Below are positions 1-9,042 of a stretch of DNA of 46,284 nt, in pieces (positions within the stretch are counted from its first letter, which is position 1; every line of letters begins with the position of its first letter). The notes beneath the pieces were generated by a model that searched no databases, had not been told where the DNA came from, and was given only the letters and a program-made list of their open reading frames with translations. The DNA is taken from IMG/VR virus record IMGVR_UViG_3300048851_000207, positions 1 to 46,284 of that record, one strand, 5' to 3'. The DNA comes from a virus (Duplodnaviria > Caudoviricetes). The position numbers and the translations under genes are program-made.

Positions 1-765
1 CTAATGCGCGCCATTATCGAGTTGCGGTTCCGGGTGTTTGGCGCTCGGCGCAAAAACGCCCGCGGCCACATCGGAATTAGCCGGCGTAAAGCACCTATCG
101 AAGATATCGATAAACGTTGCGGGATCTAGACTACATTCGACAGTTTCGTCATCCGGTACGCGTTGTTGCAAAGCTCTGTAGAACCGCATGTTAGCCAAGT
201 GACCTTTCGCGACAGCTTCTTCTTTTCCGGCCGATCTAAGTAGGTCTTGACCCGTGCATTTCCCAAGGGGTAGGCCGTCGCACATCCAAGTTGTCAAAAT
301 TGTATGAACCCGACGAGCTACCTCGTCGTGCATTGCGCTCGTAATGGCGTCCATGCTCCGCCGAAAAGCATCTGCACTTGCCTGTGTTCTGTGGCTACTT
401 ACTTCACTCAAAGCTATGCCATGTTTTTGGGCATAAGCAGCATCGTCGGTTTTTCTCTCCTTACTAACGGCCGCGTACATCTTGTTACTGGCTTTCTTAC
501 GTGCGGCGCGTTCAGCTTCGTAGTCGGTCAATGGAGATTTAAGGCGGCTGCGCTGCTCGCTTCGAAAATCGTTTATGAGAGATCGGATACCTACCCGCAT
601 AAGCTGCCAGCGCAATTTTTCGACCTGCTTATGGTTCGTCGTCTCTTTGATAAAAACGGACAGCCATCGATCGTACACGTCTTCTGAAATAGCAGAAGTT
701 GGGGGCTCATCCGACGATATACGTTTTACCAGCTGCAAAAATTCTCGTTGTAGGTTGTCAGTCAT
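1..765 (-). CDS. Hypothetical protein (254 aa), lower-GC accessory gene at the end of the int operon
   Basis: Long ORF with GGAG upstream; 4-nt overlap with the 762..968 ORF; no recognisable motif. Confidence 0.7.
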   Translation of the reverse strand: MTDNLQREFLQLVKRISSDEPPTSAISEDVYDRWLSVFIKETTNHKQVEKLRWQLMRVGIRSLINDFRSEQRSRLKSPLTDYEAERAARKKASNKMYAAVSKERKTDDAAYAQKHGIALSEVSSHRTQASADAFRRSMDAITSAMHDEVARRVHTILTTWMCDGLPLGKCTGQDLLRSAGKEEAVAKGHLANMRFYRALQQRVPDDETVECSLDPATFIDIFDRCFTPANSDVAAGVFAPSAKHPEPQLDNGAH

Positions 766-968
766 TTCGTTGGCTCCTGTCGTCCTTTATTTACTACATT
801 TCGCGTAAGAAAAGTGTCGAGATCTACCCGACGCAATAATGTGCGGTGGCCTATTTTCGCGATTGGTAGATGGCCGGCCTTGATAAGAAGGTATATTGAT
901 GCGCGCGAGATACCTAGATAGCGTGCTGCGTTTACTACGGATAGCGCCGCGGGCGCGATGTCAGTCAT
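762..968 (-). CDS. Excisionase-family helix-turn-helix DNA-binding protein
   Basis: ALSVVNAARYLGISRASIYLLIKAGHLPIAKIGHRTLL is a typical HTH_17/Xis pattern; overlaps the integrase stop codon. Confidence 0.85.
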   Translation of the reverse strand: MTDIAPAALSVVNAARYLGISRASIYLLIKAGHLPIAKIGHRTLLRRVDLDTFLTRNVVNKGRQEPTK

Positions 969-2068
969 TCTGCTGCCTCCAAAAACCCTGCCGAGATACG
1001 ATTGACGGTGCCGTCAGGGTCATCCGGCGACCATTTTGCGTAAACCTTTTCGACCATCGCCAGCGTATTGCCCAGGATCTTGGCGATCTTCCAGAGCGGC
1101 ACGCCGTTGCGAGCCATGTGAGTGGCCGCCGTGTGGCGAATGACATGTGGCGAGATCCCGGTGGCTTTGGGCTTCTCCGACCGCAGCACCTTGGGGCGCA
1201 CGCCGCCAAACCCTGCTTCAATCGCGATCAGCTGGATTGTCGCCCAGACGTCGGCCTGGTTATCCATCACCAGATCGCCCTCGCGTTCATCATAGGCCCG
1301 CTGCAGCACCTTGCGCAACGGCGCCGACATCGGCACGGTCGCGCGGCGCTTCTTCGTCTTCTTGCGCCCCGGCACGTCGAATTCGAGCGTCCCGATATCG
1401 AAATGCACTCGGTCCCATGTCAGTTCAAGAATAGCCGACATACGGGCAGGAGCTTCCAGCGCGATCCACAGATACCGCTCGCCACGGGACAGGCGCGTTC
1501 CGCGGCGCAGCCGAGCGGCGGCCTCCAACAGCCGTTTCATTTCGTCCATGCGCAGCCAGCGGTCGCGGGGCTCGCCCGCTTCCGGTAGAACCGTCTTCTC
1601 GATCAGGGTTGACGAGAACAGCGCGTTCGGCTTAACGGTGCAGTACCGGATCGCCGCGTAGAGCGTCTGCAGCTCCTTGCGGCACGTCTGCGGCTTGACG
1701 GCCCGGCCGAGACGGCCGGACGTGCGTTTCGCCACATAGGCATCGATCACGCTCTGCGTGATCTGGGGGATCATCAGAGGCCCGAAATGCGGCCCCAGAA
1801 CCTTCCAATTATGATCAGCCGTTTCCGGCCCGGCGATCTTGCCGCCGTCAATATGCTTCGCCTTATAGACCGTCCAGCAGTCGTTCACCGTGTAGACCGT
1901 GTCGTTGCCTTCCGGCTGCTGGTCGCGGAGCAGGAGCCATTGCCCGAACCGCGCTTGGGCAATGCCAGCGTCTGCAGTGCCCATGCTCTTGCGCTTGCTG
2001 CGTCGGCCTTCTGTCCAGTAGGCGTGGTAGACGCCTTTGTCGTTGGGTTCGAGGACTGGGATCGACAT
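965..2068 (-). CDS. int: Tyrosine recombinase (phage integrase)
   Basis: Catalytic Arg (APARMSAIL), HxxR (PHVIRHTAAT), LGN at the usual LGH position, and Tyr nucleophile (KVYAKW). Confidence 0.95.
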   Translation of the reverse strand: MSIPVLEPNDKGVYHAYWTEGRRSKRKSMGTADAGIAQARFGQWLLLRDQQPEGNDTVYTVNDCWTVYKAKHIDGGKIAGPETADHNWKVLGPHFGPLMIPQITQSVIDAYVAKRTSGRLGRAVKPQTCRKELQTLYAAIRYCTVKPNALFSSTLIEKTVLPEAGEPRDRWLRMDEMKRLLEAAARLRRGTRLSRGERYLWIALEAPARMSAILELTWDRVHFDIGTLEFDVPGRKKTKKRRATVPMSAPLRKVLQRAYDEREGDLVMDNQADVWATIQLIAIEAGFGGVRPKVLRSEKPKATGISPHVIRHTAATHMARNGVPLWKIAKILGNTLAMVEKVYAKWSPDDPDGTVNRISAGFLEAAE

Positions 2069-2226
2069 GTGATACTCTCCAGGTATTCTGAAATCGCTTC
2101 CTCGCTGATCAGCACTGGCCTCCCCTTCACGTAGGTCAGCTTGCCGGCGAGACGAAGTCGCTTAATCTTCGACGGACTGCACCGAAGGCGCGTCGCCGCT
2201 TCTTGCTCTGTCATTAACACGGTCAT
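1885..2226 (-). CDS. Excisionase-like HTH protein overlapping the int 5' end
   Basis: LMTEQEAATRLRCSPSKIKRLRLAGKLTYVKGRPVLISEEAISEYLE is an Xis-like winged HTH; GGAG upstream. Confidence 0.8.
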   Translation of the reverse strand: MTVLMTEQEAATRLRCSPSKIKRLRLAGKLTYVKGRPVLISEEAISEYLESITCRSQSSNPTTKASTTPTGQKADAASARAWALQTLALPKRGSGNGSCSATSSRKATTRSTR

Positions 2227-2635
2227 TCTCCAGCAACTCGGCGATCTTGACGGCCGTCGAGAGCGACACCATCCGATTGACGCGAACCCAAGCGATGTTC
2301 GGCGCGCTCGGCGACACCTTCATTTCAAAGGCCGGGCTGTCTTCGTCGATCGCGCTTTCGGCGTGATTGGGCAGCAGCTCATATTCCTGAACGCCGAATG
2401 TCTTTGCGAGAGCCGCCAGATTTACGGCCGTCGGGAGTGACTTTCCGCGAATGTAAACGGAGATCGCGTCACGCGGTAGGCCGGCTTGTCGGGCAAGTTC
2501 GCTCTGCGACCATCCTTTGCCAAGCATAAGGCGGTAAAGACGCTTGCCGAACTCCTGTTTTGTCAGGTGCTTTGGCTGAAGTGTTGGGTCTGTTGGGCTA
2601 TCGTTGACCATGTGAAATCGCTGCCTCCGGGGCAT
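2162..2635 (-). CDS. XRE-family phage repressor (CI-like), start corrected to ATG 2635
   Basis: FGKRLYRLMLGKGWSQSELARQAGLPRDAISVYIRGKSLP HTH; AGGAG precedes ATG at 2635; divergent from the Cro-like gene. Confidence 0.85.
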   Translation of the reverse strand: MPRRQRFHMVNDSPTDPTLQPKHLTKQEFGKRLYRLMLGKGWSQSELARQAGLPRDAISVYIRGKSLPTAVNLAALAKTFGVQEYELLPNHAESAIDEDSPAFEMKVSPSAPNIAWVRVNRMVSLSTAVKIAELLENDRVNDRARSGDAPSVQSVED

Positions 2636-2639
2636 GACG

Positions 2640-2800
2640 CCTCCTGTTGAACAAGTTGTTTGCGGGAGTAGCTGTAATACGGTCTGTAGGACGGCGTCAA
2701 CAGAAAATGTCATACAAAGACATTTTGTAGGTTGACGCCGGACGGTTTGTCTGTTTTGTTGGTTAACACAACCTACATTAGCAGAACGAACACAGAACAA
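2640..2800. promoter_or_regulatory. Lysis/lysogeny switch region with divergent promoters and dyad operators
   Basis: Inverted repeat CGGCGTCAAC (2692-2701) / GTTGACGCCG (2731-2740) encloses AAAATGTC/GACATTTT. TTGACG -35-like hexamers lie on both strands. TGTAGGTT (2726) / AACCTACA (2770) form an inverted pair. Confidence 0.7.
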
Positions 2801-2801
2801 A

Positions 2802-3083
2802 ATGTTGGAGCTGGTCTTGACACAAGAGGACGAAAACGGGTTTAGTGTGAAAAAATTCCTAGAAGATAATTTCCGAGACGTCGATGGCGTCTTGGGCCTT
2901 CTGGCGAAGCATACGCATGTGGAGCTGCCGAACCGGGAAACCGCGCGGCGCTGGTTCCAGAGAAATTCCATACCGGGCGACTGGGCGTTTCTTTTACTTT
3001 TTGCGCTCGAGCAGGAGAACGGCGAGCCAGTAGTGATTGCGCCGTATATCAAGGAGGACAATGCGCATGACATCTTCGCATAA
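2802..3083 (+). CDS. Cro-like transcriptional regulator
   Basis: Small ORF divergent from the repressor; PNRETARRWFQRNSIPGDW resembles a Cro/CII-type recognition helix; start may be downstream. Confidence 0.6.
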   Translation: MLELVLTQEDENGFSVKKFLEDNFRDVDGVLGLLAKHTHVELPNRETARRWFQRNSIPGDWAFLLLFALEQENGEPVVIAPYIKEDNAHDIFA

Positions 3084-3357
3084 CGGATCGTCGCTCAAAG
3101 AGCAGGAGATGCAGGCGTTTTGGCGATACCTGCGGGAAGCTCGATCGCTGTTCAAGCTGAAAGGCTTCTGCGACGAGCTCGATGAGTTTCGAGATGAAAT
3201 CGAGGTAATCCGACTTCATACAAACTGGCCGCGTTTGCAGCAGATGTGCGACGAGCTGTTGGCCCGTGAAGACTGGTTCGTCGATCCTTTCGACGACGTC
3301 GCAGCCGACGCTCCCGCCGAGCAGGAGGCCGCCGATCAGACGGTATTGGCCGGATGA
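3067..3357 (+). CDS. Hypothetical protein
   Basis: AGGAGG upstream of ATG 3067; overlaps both neighbours in the operon. Confidence 0.6.
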   Translation: MTSSHNGSSLKEQEMQAFWRYLREARSLFKLKGFCDELDEFRDEIEVIRLHTNWPRLQQMCDELLAREDWFVDPFDDVAADAPAEQEAADQTVLAG

Positions 3358-3785
3358 TCGAGATCGTCTTGCTCGGCGCCCCGATGGGAAAGGAAAGGGC
3401 GCGTTTCGTCAAGGCGACCGGCCGCACCTTCACTCCTGAACGAACGGTGAATTACGAAAGCCGCTTGGCACTCGCTGCACAGCACGCCATGGACGGCCGG
3501 CCTCTGTTTGACGGCCCTCTTTCAGTTGACGTCGTGGCCTATATGCCTGTTGCCGAGAGCAAGCCGCGGAAATGGAAGGCCGCCGCATTGGCCGGCGAGA
3601 TCCGCCCGACGAAAAAGCCGGATTGGGACAACTTCGGCAAGATCCTCGACGCGCTGAACCTGGTGGTATGGGCCGACGACGCGCAGATCGTCGAGGGTCG
3701 GGTGCAGAAGTTTTATAGCGAGAAGCCACGGATGGAGATCCGCGTACGGAACGTTAGCCAGCCGACAGGAGGCATCTTTGAGTGA
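3354..3785 (+). CDS. rusA: RusA-family Holliday junction resolvase
   Basis: KKPDWDNFGKILDALNLVVWADDAQIV matches the RusA catalytic motif. Confidence 0.92.
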   Translation: MIEIVLLGAPMGKERARFVKATGRTFTPERTVNYESRLALAAQHAMDGRPLFDGPLSVDVVAYMPVAESKPRKWKAAALAGEIRPTKKPDWDNFGKILDALNLVVWADDAQIVEGRVQKFYSEKPRMEIRVRNVSQPTGGIFE

Positions 3786-3954
3786 CAGCGATCCGAACCG
3801 TCGAATTGATCTCGCCTTGGCGTCGTTGCGCGAAGATGGCGATGTGCAGCTATATCTCACGGTCGGCGGCAAGTCCGAAATCTATTCGATATCCCGTTCT
3901 GCCGCGGCATCATTCGCGAGCAGAATAGTTAGATCTTTAGCGAAAAAGGCTTGA
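3778..3954 (+). CDS. Small hypothetical protein (58 aa, TTG start), not in ORF track
   Basis: AGGAGG precedes TTG 3778; MSDSDPNRRIDLALASLREDGDVQLYLTVGGKSEIYSISRSAAASFASRIVRSLAKKA fills the gap after rusA. Confidence 0.55.
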   Translation: MSDSDPNRRIDLALASLREDGDVQLYLTVGGKSEIYSISRSAAASFASRIVRSLAKKA

Positions 3955-4048
3955 CCAGCGTGTCTGAAGTGTAGGACATTGCGGCATACAAGTTCCGACA
4001 GACTGACACGGTTTTACTGGTTTTACGCAAGCAAGGAACACGGCGAAC

Positions 4049-5362
4049 ATGCCAACCCCTTTCCCACATCAGATAGAAGGCGCCCGTTGGCTCTCCAGCC
4101 AGCAGCACGCCTTGCTGGCAGACGAACCAAGGGTTGGGAAAACCGGCACGGCCATCATGGCCGCTGATGATCGCTTCGAAGATAGCATCTTGGTTGTCAC
4201 CACGGCCTCCGGTCGCCCGGTCTGGCGCCGCGCCTTCAAGCAATGGTCGACGTTCCAACGAGACAAGCTGCGGATCGTCGGCTGGCCGGAACTGACGAAC
4301 GGCACGACCCGCGCCGCGCTCCTATCGCAGACTTGGGATCGTCTCATCATCGATGAAGCCCACTACGGTAAGAACTTCGAAGCCAAGCGTACACAATCAG
4401 TCTACGGCACGGCGCTCGACGGCGGCAAGATCCTGCACCAATCGACGGCCCTTGTGGGCAAAGCTAAAGGCGTCTGGTGCCTGACTGGCACACCGCTGCC
4501 GCACGATCCGTCCGACATCTATCCCATGATGCGGGCGCTATGCCCGGAACGGCTTCTGGCCGATCCGGCGCAAGGATGGCCGGACGTCACGAAATACGAG
4601 GACTTCCGCGACCGCTATTGCAAGTGGCGTCCGAAAAAGTTGTCGGCTTGGCGCTCGATAGTCGTCATCATGGGCGGCAAGAACGAAGCCGAACTGAACG
4701 CCCGATTGAAGGGCTTCATTCTCCTGCGCACGCAGCAGAACGTCGGTATCCAGCCGCCGATATACGAAACGCTGCCGCTCGCCGTCTCGCCGCGAATGCT
4801 GCGCGAGATAGAGGGCGATCTGGTTGCAACCGAGATCCTGGAAGCGGCGAAGTCCGGCGACACGCGCAAGCTCGACATGCATCTTGGCCCGATCCGCCGG
4901 ATCACAGGCGAGATCAAGGCTCGCGCCGTCATCGATGCCGTCAAGGAAGAATTCGATAATGGGCTCGACAAGATCGTTCTGGCCTATTGGCACAAGGACG
5001 TCGGCCAGATCCTACGCGACGGCCTTGCTGAATATGGCGTGACCGGCATTGACGGCTCGTCGTCGCCCAGCCAGCGCGAACAGGCCGAACAAGCCTTTCT
5101 CAGCGACCCGAAATGTCGGGTTTTCCTTGGGCAGATCGAAGCGGCCGGCGAGGCCATCGATCTTTCCAGCGCGGCGACGCTCTGGTTCGTTGAAACGACC
5201 TTCTCGCCGAAATCCATGAAGCAGATGAGCCTCCGCATCACGAACCACAGCCAGACGCGACAAGCGATCGTTCGCGTATGCGTGCTGGAAGGATCGATCG
5301 ACGAGGCCCTGCAAGAAATCCTGCTCCGTTTATGGGCAGCGATCCGTGAAGTGCTCAAATAG
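4049..5362 (+). CDS. SNF2-like superfamily 2 helicase
   Basis: LLADEPRVGKT (motif I), LIIDEAH (motif II), LTGTP (motif III) and a C-terminal helicase domain. Confidence 0.9.
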   Translation: MPTPFPHQIEGARWLSSQQHALLADEPRVGKTGTAIMAADDRFEDSILVVTTASGRPVWRRAFKQWSTFQRDKLRIVGWPELTNGTTRAALLSQTWDRLIIDEAHYGKNFEAKRTQSVYGTALDGGKILHQSTALVGKAKGVWCLTGTPLPHDPSDIYPMMRALCPERLLADPAQGWPDVTKYEDFRDRYCKWRPKKLSAWRSIVVIMGGKNEAELNARLKGFILLRTQQNVGIQPPIYETLPLAVSPRMLREIEGDLVATEILEAAKSGDTRKLDMHLGPIRRITGEIKARAVIDAVKEEFDNGLDKIVLAYWHKDVGQILRDGLAEYGVTGIDGSSSPSQREQAEQAFLSDPKCRVFLGQIEAAGEAIDLSSAATLWFVETTFSPKSMKQMSLRITNHSQTRQAIVRVCVLEGSIDEALQEILLRLWAAIREVLK

Positions 5363-5373
5363 GAGATAGCACA

Positions 5374-6054
5374 GTGACAGTAAGAATTGAAATCTTGGGC
5401 GACGATGCCCGACACGCGCTGCGCGAGCTGAAGGGTCTATCCGACGGCCTGTTGTCATCGGTGGCGCTGCCTTCGCCGGCTCCCGCCGAAGCGCCGACCG
5501 ACGAAAGCGGCCAGTCTGCCGGGTTTGTCACGAACACCCCGCGCGCTGGCGAGAGTGAAGCCCAGACGGCTGTTCGCCGCGAACGCGGCAAGCCTGCGCC
5601 TGGCCGCGCCCGCCGGACCAAGGAAGAAATCGCCGAAGACGAAGCGGCCGACGCTGCCGATCAGGCAAACACGACCGACAGCTTCTCGTCGATCGACGCC
5701 GCGGTGAAACAGAGCATTTCAACCGGCGAAGAACGTGTCGATCCGGCAAACGTCGAAGCTCAAGACAAGGCCGACGAACAGGCCGAAGTCGAGCAGACCC
5801 GCAGCGAAGACAAGCCGCTGACGGTCGACGACGTCAAGGCCGTGATCAACCAGTACGTCGACAAGTACGGCCTGCCTGCCACGCAGGAAGACGGCCCTAA
5901 GATCTTCGTCGAAGCGCTCGGCGCCCCGCCAGAAGGCGAACCCTATTGGAAGCTGTCGCTACTGGGCGGTGCCTCGCAAGACCAGCTGAAGAAGACCGTC
6001 ACCATCTGGACGAAGGCCGTCGAGCTGAACCCGCTCAAGCGGACGGCGGTTTGA
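5374..6054 (+). CDS. Hypothetical acidic, low-complexity phage protein
   Basis: AGGAG RBS and GTG start; sits in the position usually upstream of the DUF2800/DUF2815/PolA cluster. Confidence 0.7.
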   Translation: MTVRIEILGDDARHALRELKGLSDGLLSSVALPSPAPAEAPTDESGQSAGFVTNTPRAGESEAQTAVRRERGKPAPGRARRTKEEIAEDEAADAADQANTTDSFSSIDAAVKQSISTGEERVDPANVEAQDKADEQAEVEQTRSEDKPLTVDDVKAVINQYVDKYGLPATQEDGPKIFVEALGAPPEGEPYWKLSLLGGASQDQLKKTVTIWTKAVELNPLKRTAV

Positions 6055-6560
6055 TCGTGGAGATAAAGCCTTACCCCCTTGACCCGAATTACGGCGCTTC
6101 GCCCGATGGACGGGTTTGGCGGATCGTTAAGGCTCGGTTCGGGCGGCCAGTGCCGCACGAAATGAAGCCGACGGTAGGGGCCAAGGGGTATCTCTATGTA
6201 GGGAACGGCAGTGGTAAGGGCCTGCGTACTGTTCGTGTACATCAGGTGATCGCTAGAACCTTCATCCCGAACCCTGAAAACCTGCCGGAAGTCGCCCATA
6301 ACAACGGCGTGAAAACCGATAACGCAGCTGCAAATCTGCGTTGGGACACAACGGCCGAAAACCAACACGATCGGCTTAGGCACGGAACCCATAACAGGGG
6401 CACCCGACAAACCAATCATAAACTGACAGAGGACTTGGTAACAAGTCTTCGCACTCGCCAGATATCTCCCGCAGAAGCGGCAGCTATATCCGGTTGTCAA
6501 GTTAGAACGGCGAGATGGGTAGCTAACGGAAAGGATTGGCCTCATGTCCAACCATTCTGA
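6051..6560 (+). CDS. HNH homing endonuclease
   Basis: VHQVIARTFIPNPENLPEVAHNNGVKTDNAAANLRW is an HNH_3 motif; start TTG 6051 or GTG 6057. Confidence 0.9.
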   Translation: MIVEIKPYPLDPNYGASPDGRVWRIVKARFGRPVPHEMKPTVGAKGYLYVGNGSGKGLRTVRVHQVIARTFIPNPENLPEVAHNNGVKTDNAAANLRWDTTAENQHDRLRHGTHNRGTRQTNHKLTEDLVTSLRTRQISPAEAAAISGCQVRTARWVANGKDWPHVQPF

Positions 6561-7857
6561 ACGCGATCACGCTACTTGGAGTGCGTCGTCAACGGACAGG
6601 AACTGGCAATGCAGCGGTGCGCTGGCCTTGACCATGGGCCTGCCTGAGACGACCAACGAGGCGGCCGACTGGGGCACTTGCTGCCACCAGATATCCGAGA
6701 AATGCTTGCGGCAGGGAACGCAGGCGTCGGAATACATCGGCACGATCGAGAAAGGCAAAAAGCACGAATTCGAAGTCGATGAAGAAATGGCCGAAACGGC
6801 CCAGGTCTACGTCGATTACGTCAGGCAGCAGACAATCGCAGCGGCTCCGAAAGGGACCAATCCGGCCAGTTTGCTGCAGATCGAACAGCGCTTTTCGCTC
6901 GCCGCGCTCAACCCGCCTTTCGAAGCGGGCGGCACGGGCGACGCCGTCATCTACCATCCGACCGAACGGCTTCTTGAAGTCGTCGATCTGAAGGGCGGGC
7001 GGGGCGTCGTGGTCGAAGCCAAGGGCAACCCGCAGCTGCGCACGTATGGCCTTGGCGCCATGCTGGCGAACCCGTCGCTGAAGGTCGACATGATCAAGGT
7101 GACGATCGTTCAGCCGCGGGCAGGGCATAAGGACGGCCGTATCAGGTCCGAAACTTTCCATGTCGCCGATCTGGTGGAATGGACGACGGATCTGATGGCA
7201 GCGATGAAGCGATCCGCTCAGGCTCTGGCAGACTACGACAAGGTCGGTCAGACTGTCAGTCACGCCGAATGGGATGCGGCGCATCTGGCCGCTGGCCCAT
7301 GGTGCAAATTTTGTAAGGCGGCGGGTTTCTGCCCGGCGCTAGAACAACGGGCGCTCGACGCGGCTGGTGTCTGGTTTGACGACCTCGACCAGCCGCGCAT
7401 ATCCAACGCGCCCGACACGCTTTCCCCGGAGCGTGCCTCGCAACTTCTCGACGCCGCCGACATGATCGGCGACTGGATCAATGCCGTGCGGGCCTACTGG
7501 CACGCAGAGGCAGAGAGCGGCGTCGAGATCCCGAACTATATCCTGGTGCCGAAAGAGGGCCGGGAGAAGTTCAACGACGACGCGTCGGCCAAACTGGCGG
7601 CGGCAAAGGCCGAAGCGGCCGGATTGCCCGCCGAGAAGGTTTGGAACGACCCGAAGCCCCGGACGCCGAAGCAGATCCGCGACGCTTTGATCAAGGCCAA
7701 GAAGGCCGCCGTCGCCGACGAGCTGAAGGAACTATCCGGTTCCGAAAGCAAGGGAACCAACCTGGTTCGCACCACGAAGACGACCCGCGCGGCGGTGACG
7801 CCGAGCGTTCACAAGCATCTGTCCAACTTGGACAGCCAACCCAATGTTTTCGACTGA
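6544..7857 (+). CDS. DUF2800 / Cas4-like PD-(D/E)XK exonuclease
   Basis: GTGD...VVDLKGGRG...NPQLRTYGLG nuclease motifs; an N-terminal Cys plus WCKFCKAAGFC suggest Fe-S ligands. Confidence 0.85.
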   Translation: MSNHSERDHATWSASSTDRNWQCSGALALTMGLPETTNEAADWGTCCHQISEKCLRQGTQASEYIGTIEKGKKHEFEVDEEMAETAQVYVDYVRQQTIAAAPKGTNPASLLQIEQRFSLAALNPPFEAGGTGDAVIYHPTERLLEVVDLKGGRGVVVEAKGNPQLRTYGLGAMLANPSLKVDMIKVTIVQPRAGHKDGRIRSETFHVADLVEWTTDLMAAMKRSAQALADYDKVGQTVSHAEWDAAHLAAGPWCKFCKAAGFCPALEQRALDAAGVWFDDLDQPRISNAPDTLSPERASQLLDAADMIGDWINAVRAYWHAEAESGVEIPNYILVPKEGREKFNDDASAKLAAAKAEAAGLPAEKVWNDPKPRTPKQIRDALIKAKKAAVADELKELSGSESKGTNLVRTTKTTRAAVTPSVHKHLSNLDSQPNVFD

Positions 7858-7869
7858 AAGGACATCGAA

Positions 7870-8505
7870 ATGGGAAGCAGAGCAGAAGACATCAAAACGC
7901 CCGTGAACATCGCCAGCTATACCCGCGATCTGTTTACCGCGCGTGAACGTGAAAACGGGACGAAGGGGTACGGCGTCACGTTCATCTTCGACAAGGAGCA
8001 GGATCTTTCGAAACTGCACCAAAACGCACTAGAGGCCGCCGAAGCGGAATGGCCGGGCAAGCCGGTTCGCGAATGGATCAAGGATGGCACAATCAAGTCG
8101 CCGTTCCTCGACGGTGACAGCAAGCAGGGCCGGGACCAGGAAGGCAACCAGCGGCCAGAACTGAAGGGCAAGACGTTTATCCGCTGCACATCAGGCGAAA
8201 ATTTCCCGCCCAAGGTGTTCGGTCGTAACGGCGTCAGCCGCATCACTGATCCGAGCGAAATCCCTTCCGGTTCCAAGACCCTGGGCGTCGTGAACGCCTT
8301 CGCTTGGGAGAACAAGAAGAACGGCAAAGGTATCTCGTTCGGCGTGTCGATCGTCCAGCTGCATACGAAGGCCGAAGGCGCTGCTGTTCTCGGCGGTTCC
8401 GGTAGCGGGCCTGACCCGGAAAAGTTCCTCGAAAAGCTGTCCGACGAGGGCGATGCTCCAGCCGAAACAAAATCCGGCGCAGGCGCGGGCGGACTTTTTG
8501 GATGA
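7870..8505 (+). CDS. Phage single-stranded DNA-binding protein (DUF2815, T7 gp2.5-like)
   Basis: SPFLDGD and NAFAWENKKNGKGISFGVSIVQL motifs; located between the exonuclease and polymerase. Confidence 0.8.
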   Translation: MGSRAEDIKTPVNIASYTRDLFTARERENGTKGYGVTFIFDKEQDLSKLHQNALEAAEAEWPGKPVREWIKDGTIKSPFLDGDSKQGRDQEGNQRPELKGKTFIRCTSGENFPPKVFGRNGVSRITDPSEIPSGSKTLGVVNAFAWENKKNGKGISFGVSIVQLHTKAEGAAVLGGSGSGPDPEKFLEKLSDEGDAPAETKSGAGAGGLFG

Positions 8506-8527
8506 CAGTTGTAGGTTATAAAGCGCG

Positions 8528-8554
8528 ACGTCGGCCTACATTGGCCGACGTTTC
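8528..8554 (+). terminator. Stem-loop after ssb (possible terminator/attenuator)
   Basis: ACGTCGGCC-TACATT-GGCCGACGT followed by a short T run. Confidence 0.45.
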
Positions 8555-8582
8555 ACCCCAATCGACATGAAAGGATACCATT

Positions 8583-8738
8583 ATGTGGTTCTGGATTTTC
8601 TGCATTCTGGCCGTTGGCGCCTTCATCGGGTTCTTCTACTCGGCGATGACCGGCAAGGCGACCAGGATGGCCTACTCGCTGGTCATGCTCATCGTATGGC
8701 TCGGCCTTGCTTCCTACATGGGAGGTTACATTGGCTGA
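8583..8738 (+). CDS. Small two-TM membrane protein (51 aa), not in ORF track
   Basis: MWFWIFCILAVGAFIGFFYSAMTGKATRMAYSLVMLIVWLGLASYMGGYIG; AAGGA upstream; stop overlaps the gapR start. Confidence 0.65.
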   Translation: MWFWIFCILAVGAFIGFFYSAMTGKATRMAYSLVMLIVWLGLASYMGGYIG

Positions 8739-9042
8739 CATCTTCGATCCTACCCAAATCGCGGGCGGCAAAAACCCGCCAACGTCCGACGGCCAGCCTC
8801 GCCCCGCCAATGACACCGGCAAGGAACTGGGCGGCTACCTCGATCGCATTGAAAGCCTCGAGGAAGACAAGGCTGGCATCGCCGACGATATCAAAGACAT
8901 CAAAGGAGAGATGAAGCAAAAAGGGTACGATATGAAAGTCGTCGCCGAAATGCTCAAGCTTCGGAAGATGGACAAGGCCACACGCGACGCATTTGAGGAC
9001 GTTCGCGACATCTATGGTCACGCTCTGGGGATCTTCGGATGA
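8731..9042 (+). CDS. gapR: GapR-like nucleoid-associated protein (DUF2312/UPF0335)
   Basis: LGGYLDRIESLEEDKAGIADDIKDIKGEMKQKGYDMKVVAEMLKLRKMD matches the GapR core; GGAGG before TTG 8731. Confidence 0.88.
   Translation: MADIFDPTQIAGGKNPPTSDGQPRPANDTGKELGGYLDRIESLEEDKAGIADDIKDIKGEMKQKGYDMKVVAEMLKLRKMDKATRDAFEDVRDIYGHALGIFG

Noticed and set aside
749-756. TGTAGGTT box near the start of the 254-aa ORF
   Set aside because: Lies inside coding sequence and could be a chance match.
2636-3073. N-terminal 146 aa of the 303-aa repressor ORF in the track
   Set aside because: Overlaps the switch region and the Cro-like gene; a good RBS supports ATG 2635.
6544-7857. Cas4-like nuclease as evidence of a CRISPR-Cas system
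   Set aside because: It sits in the standard exonuclease-SSB-PolA phage replication cluster; no cas1/cas2 or array.
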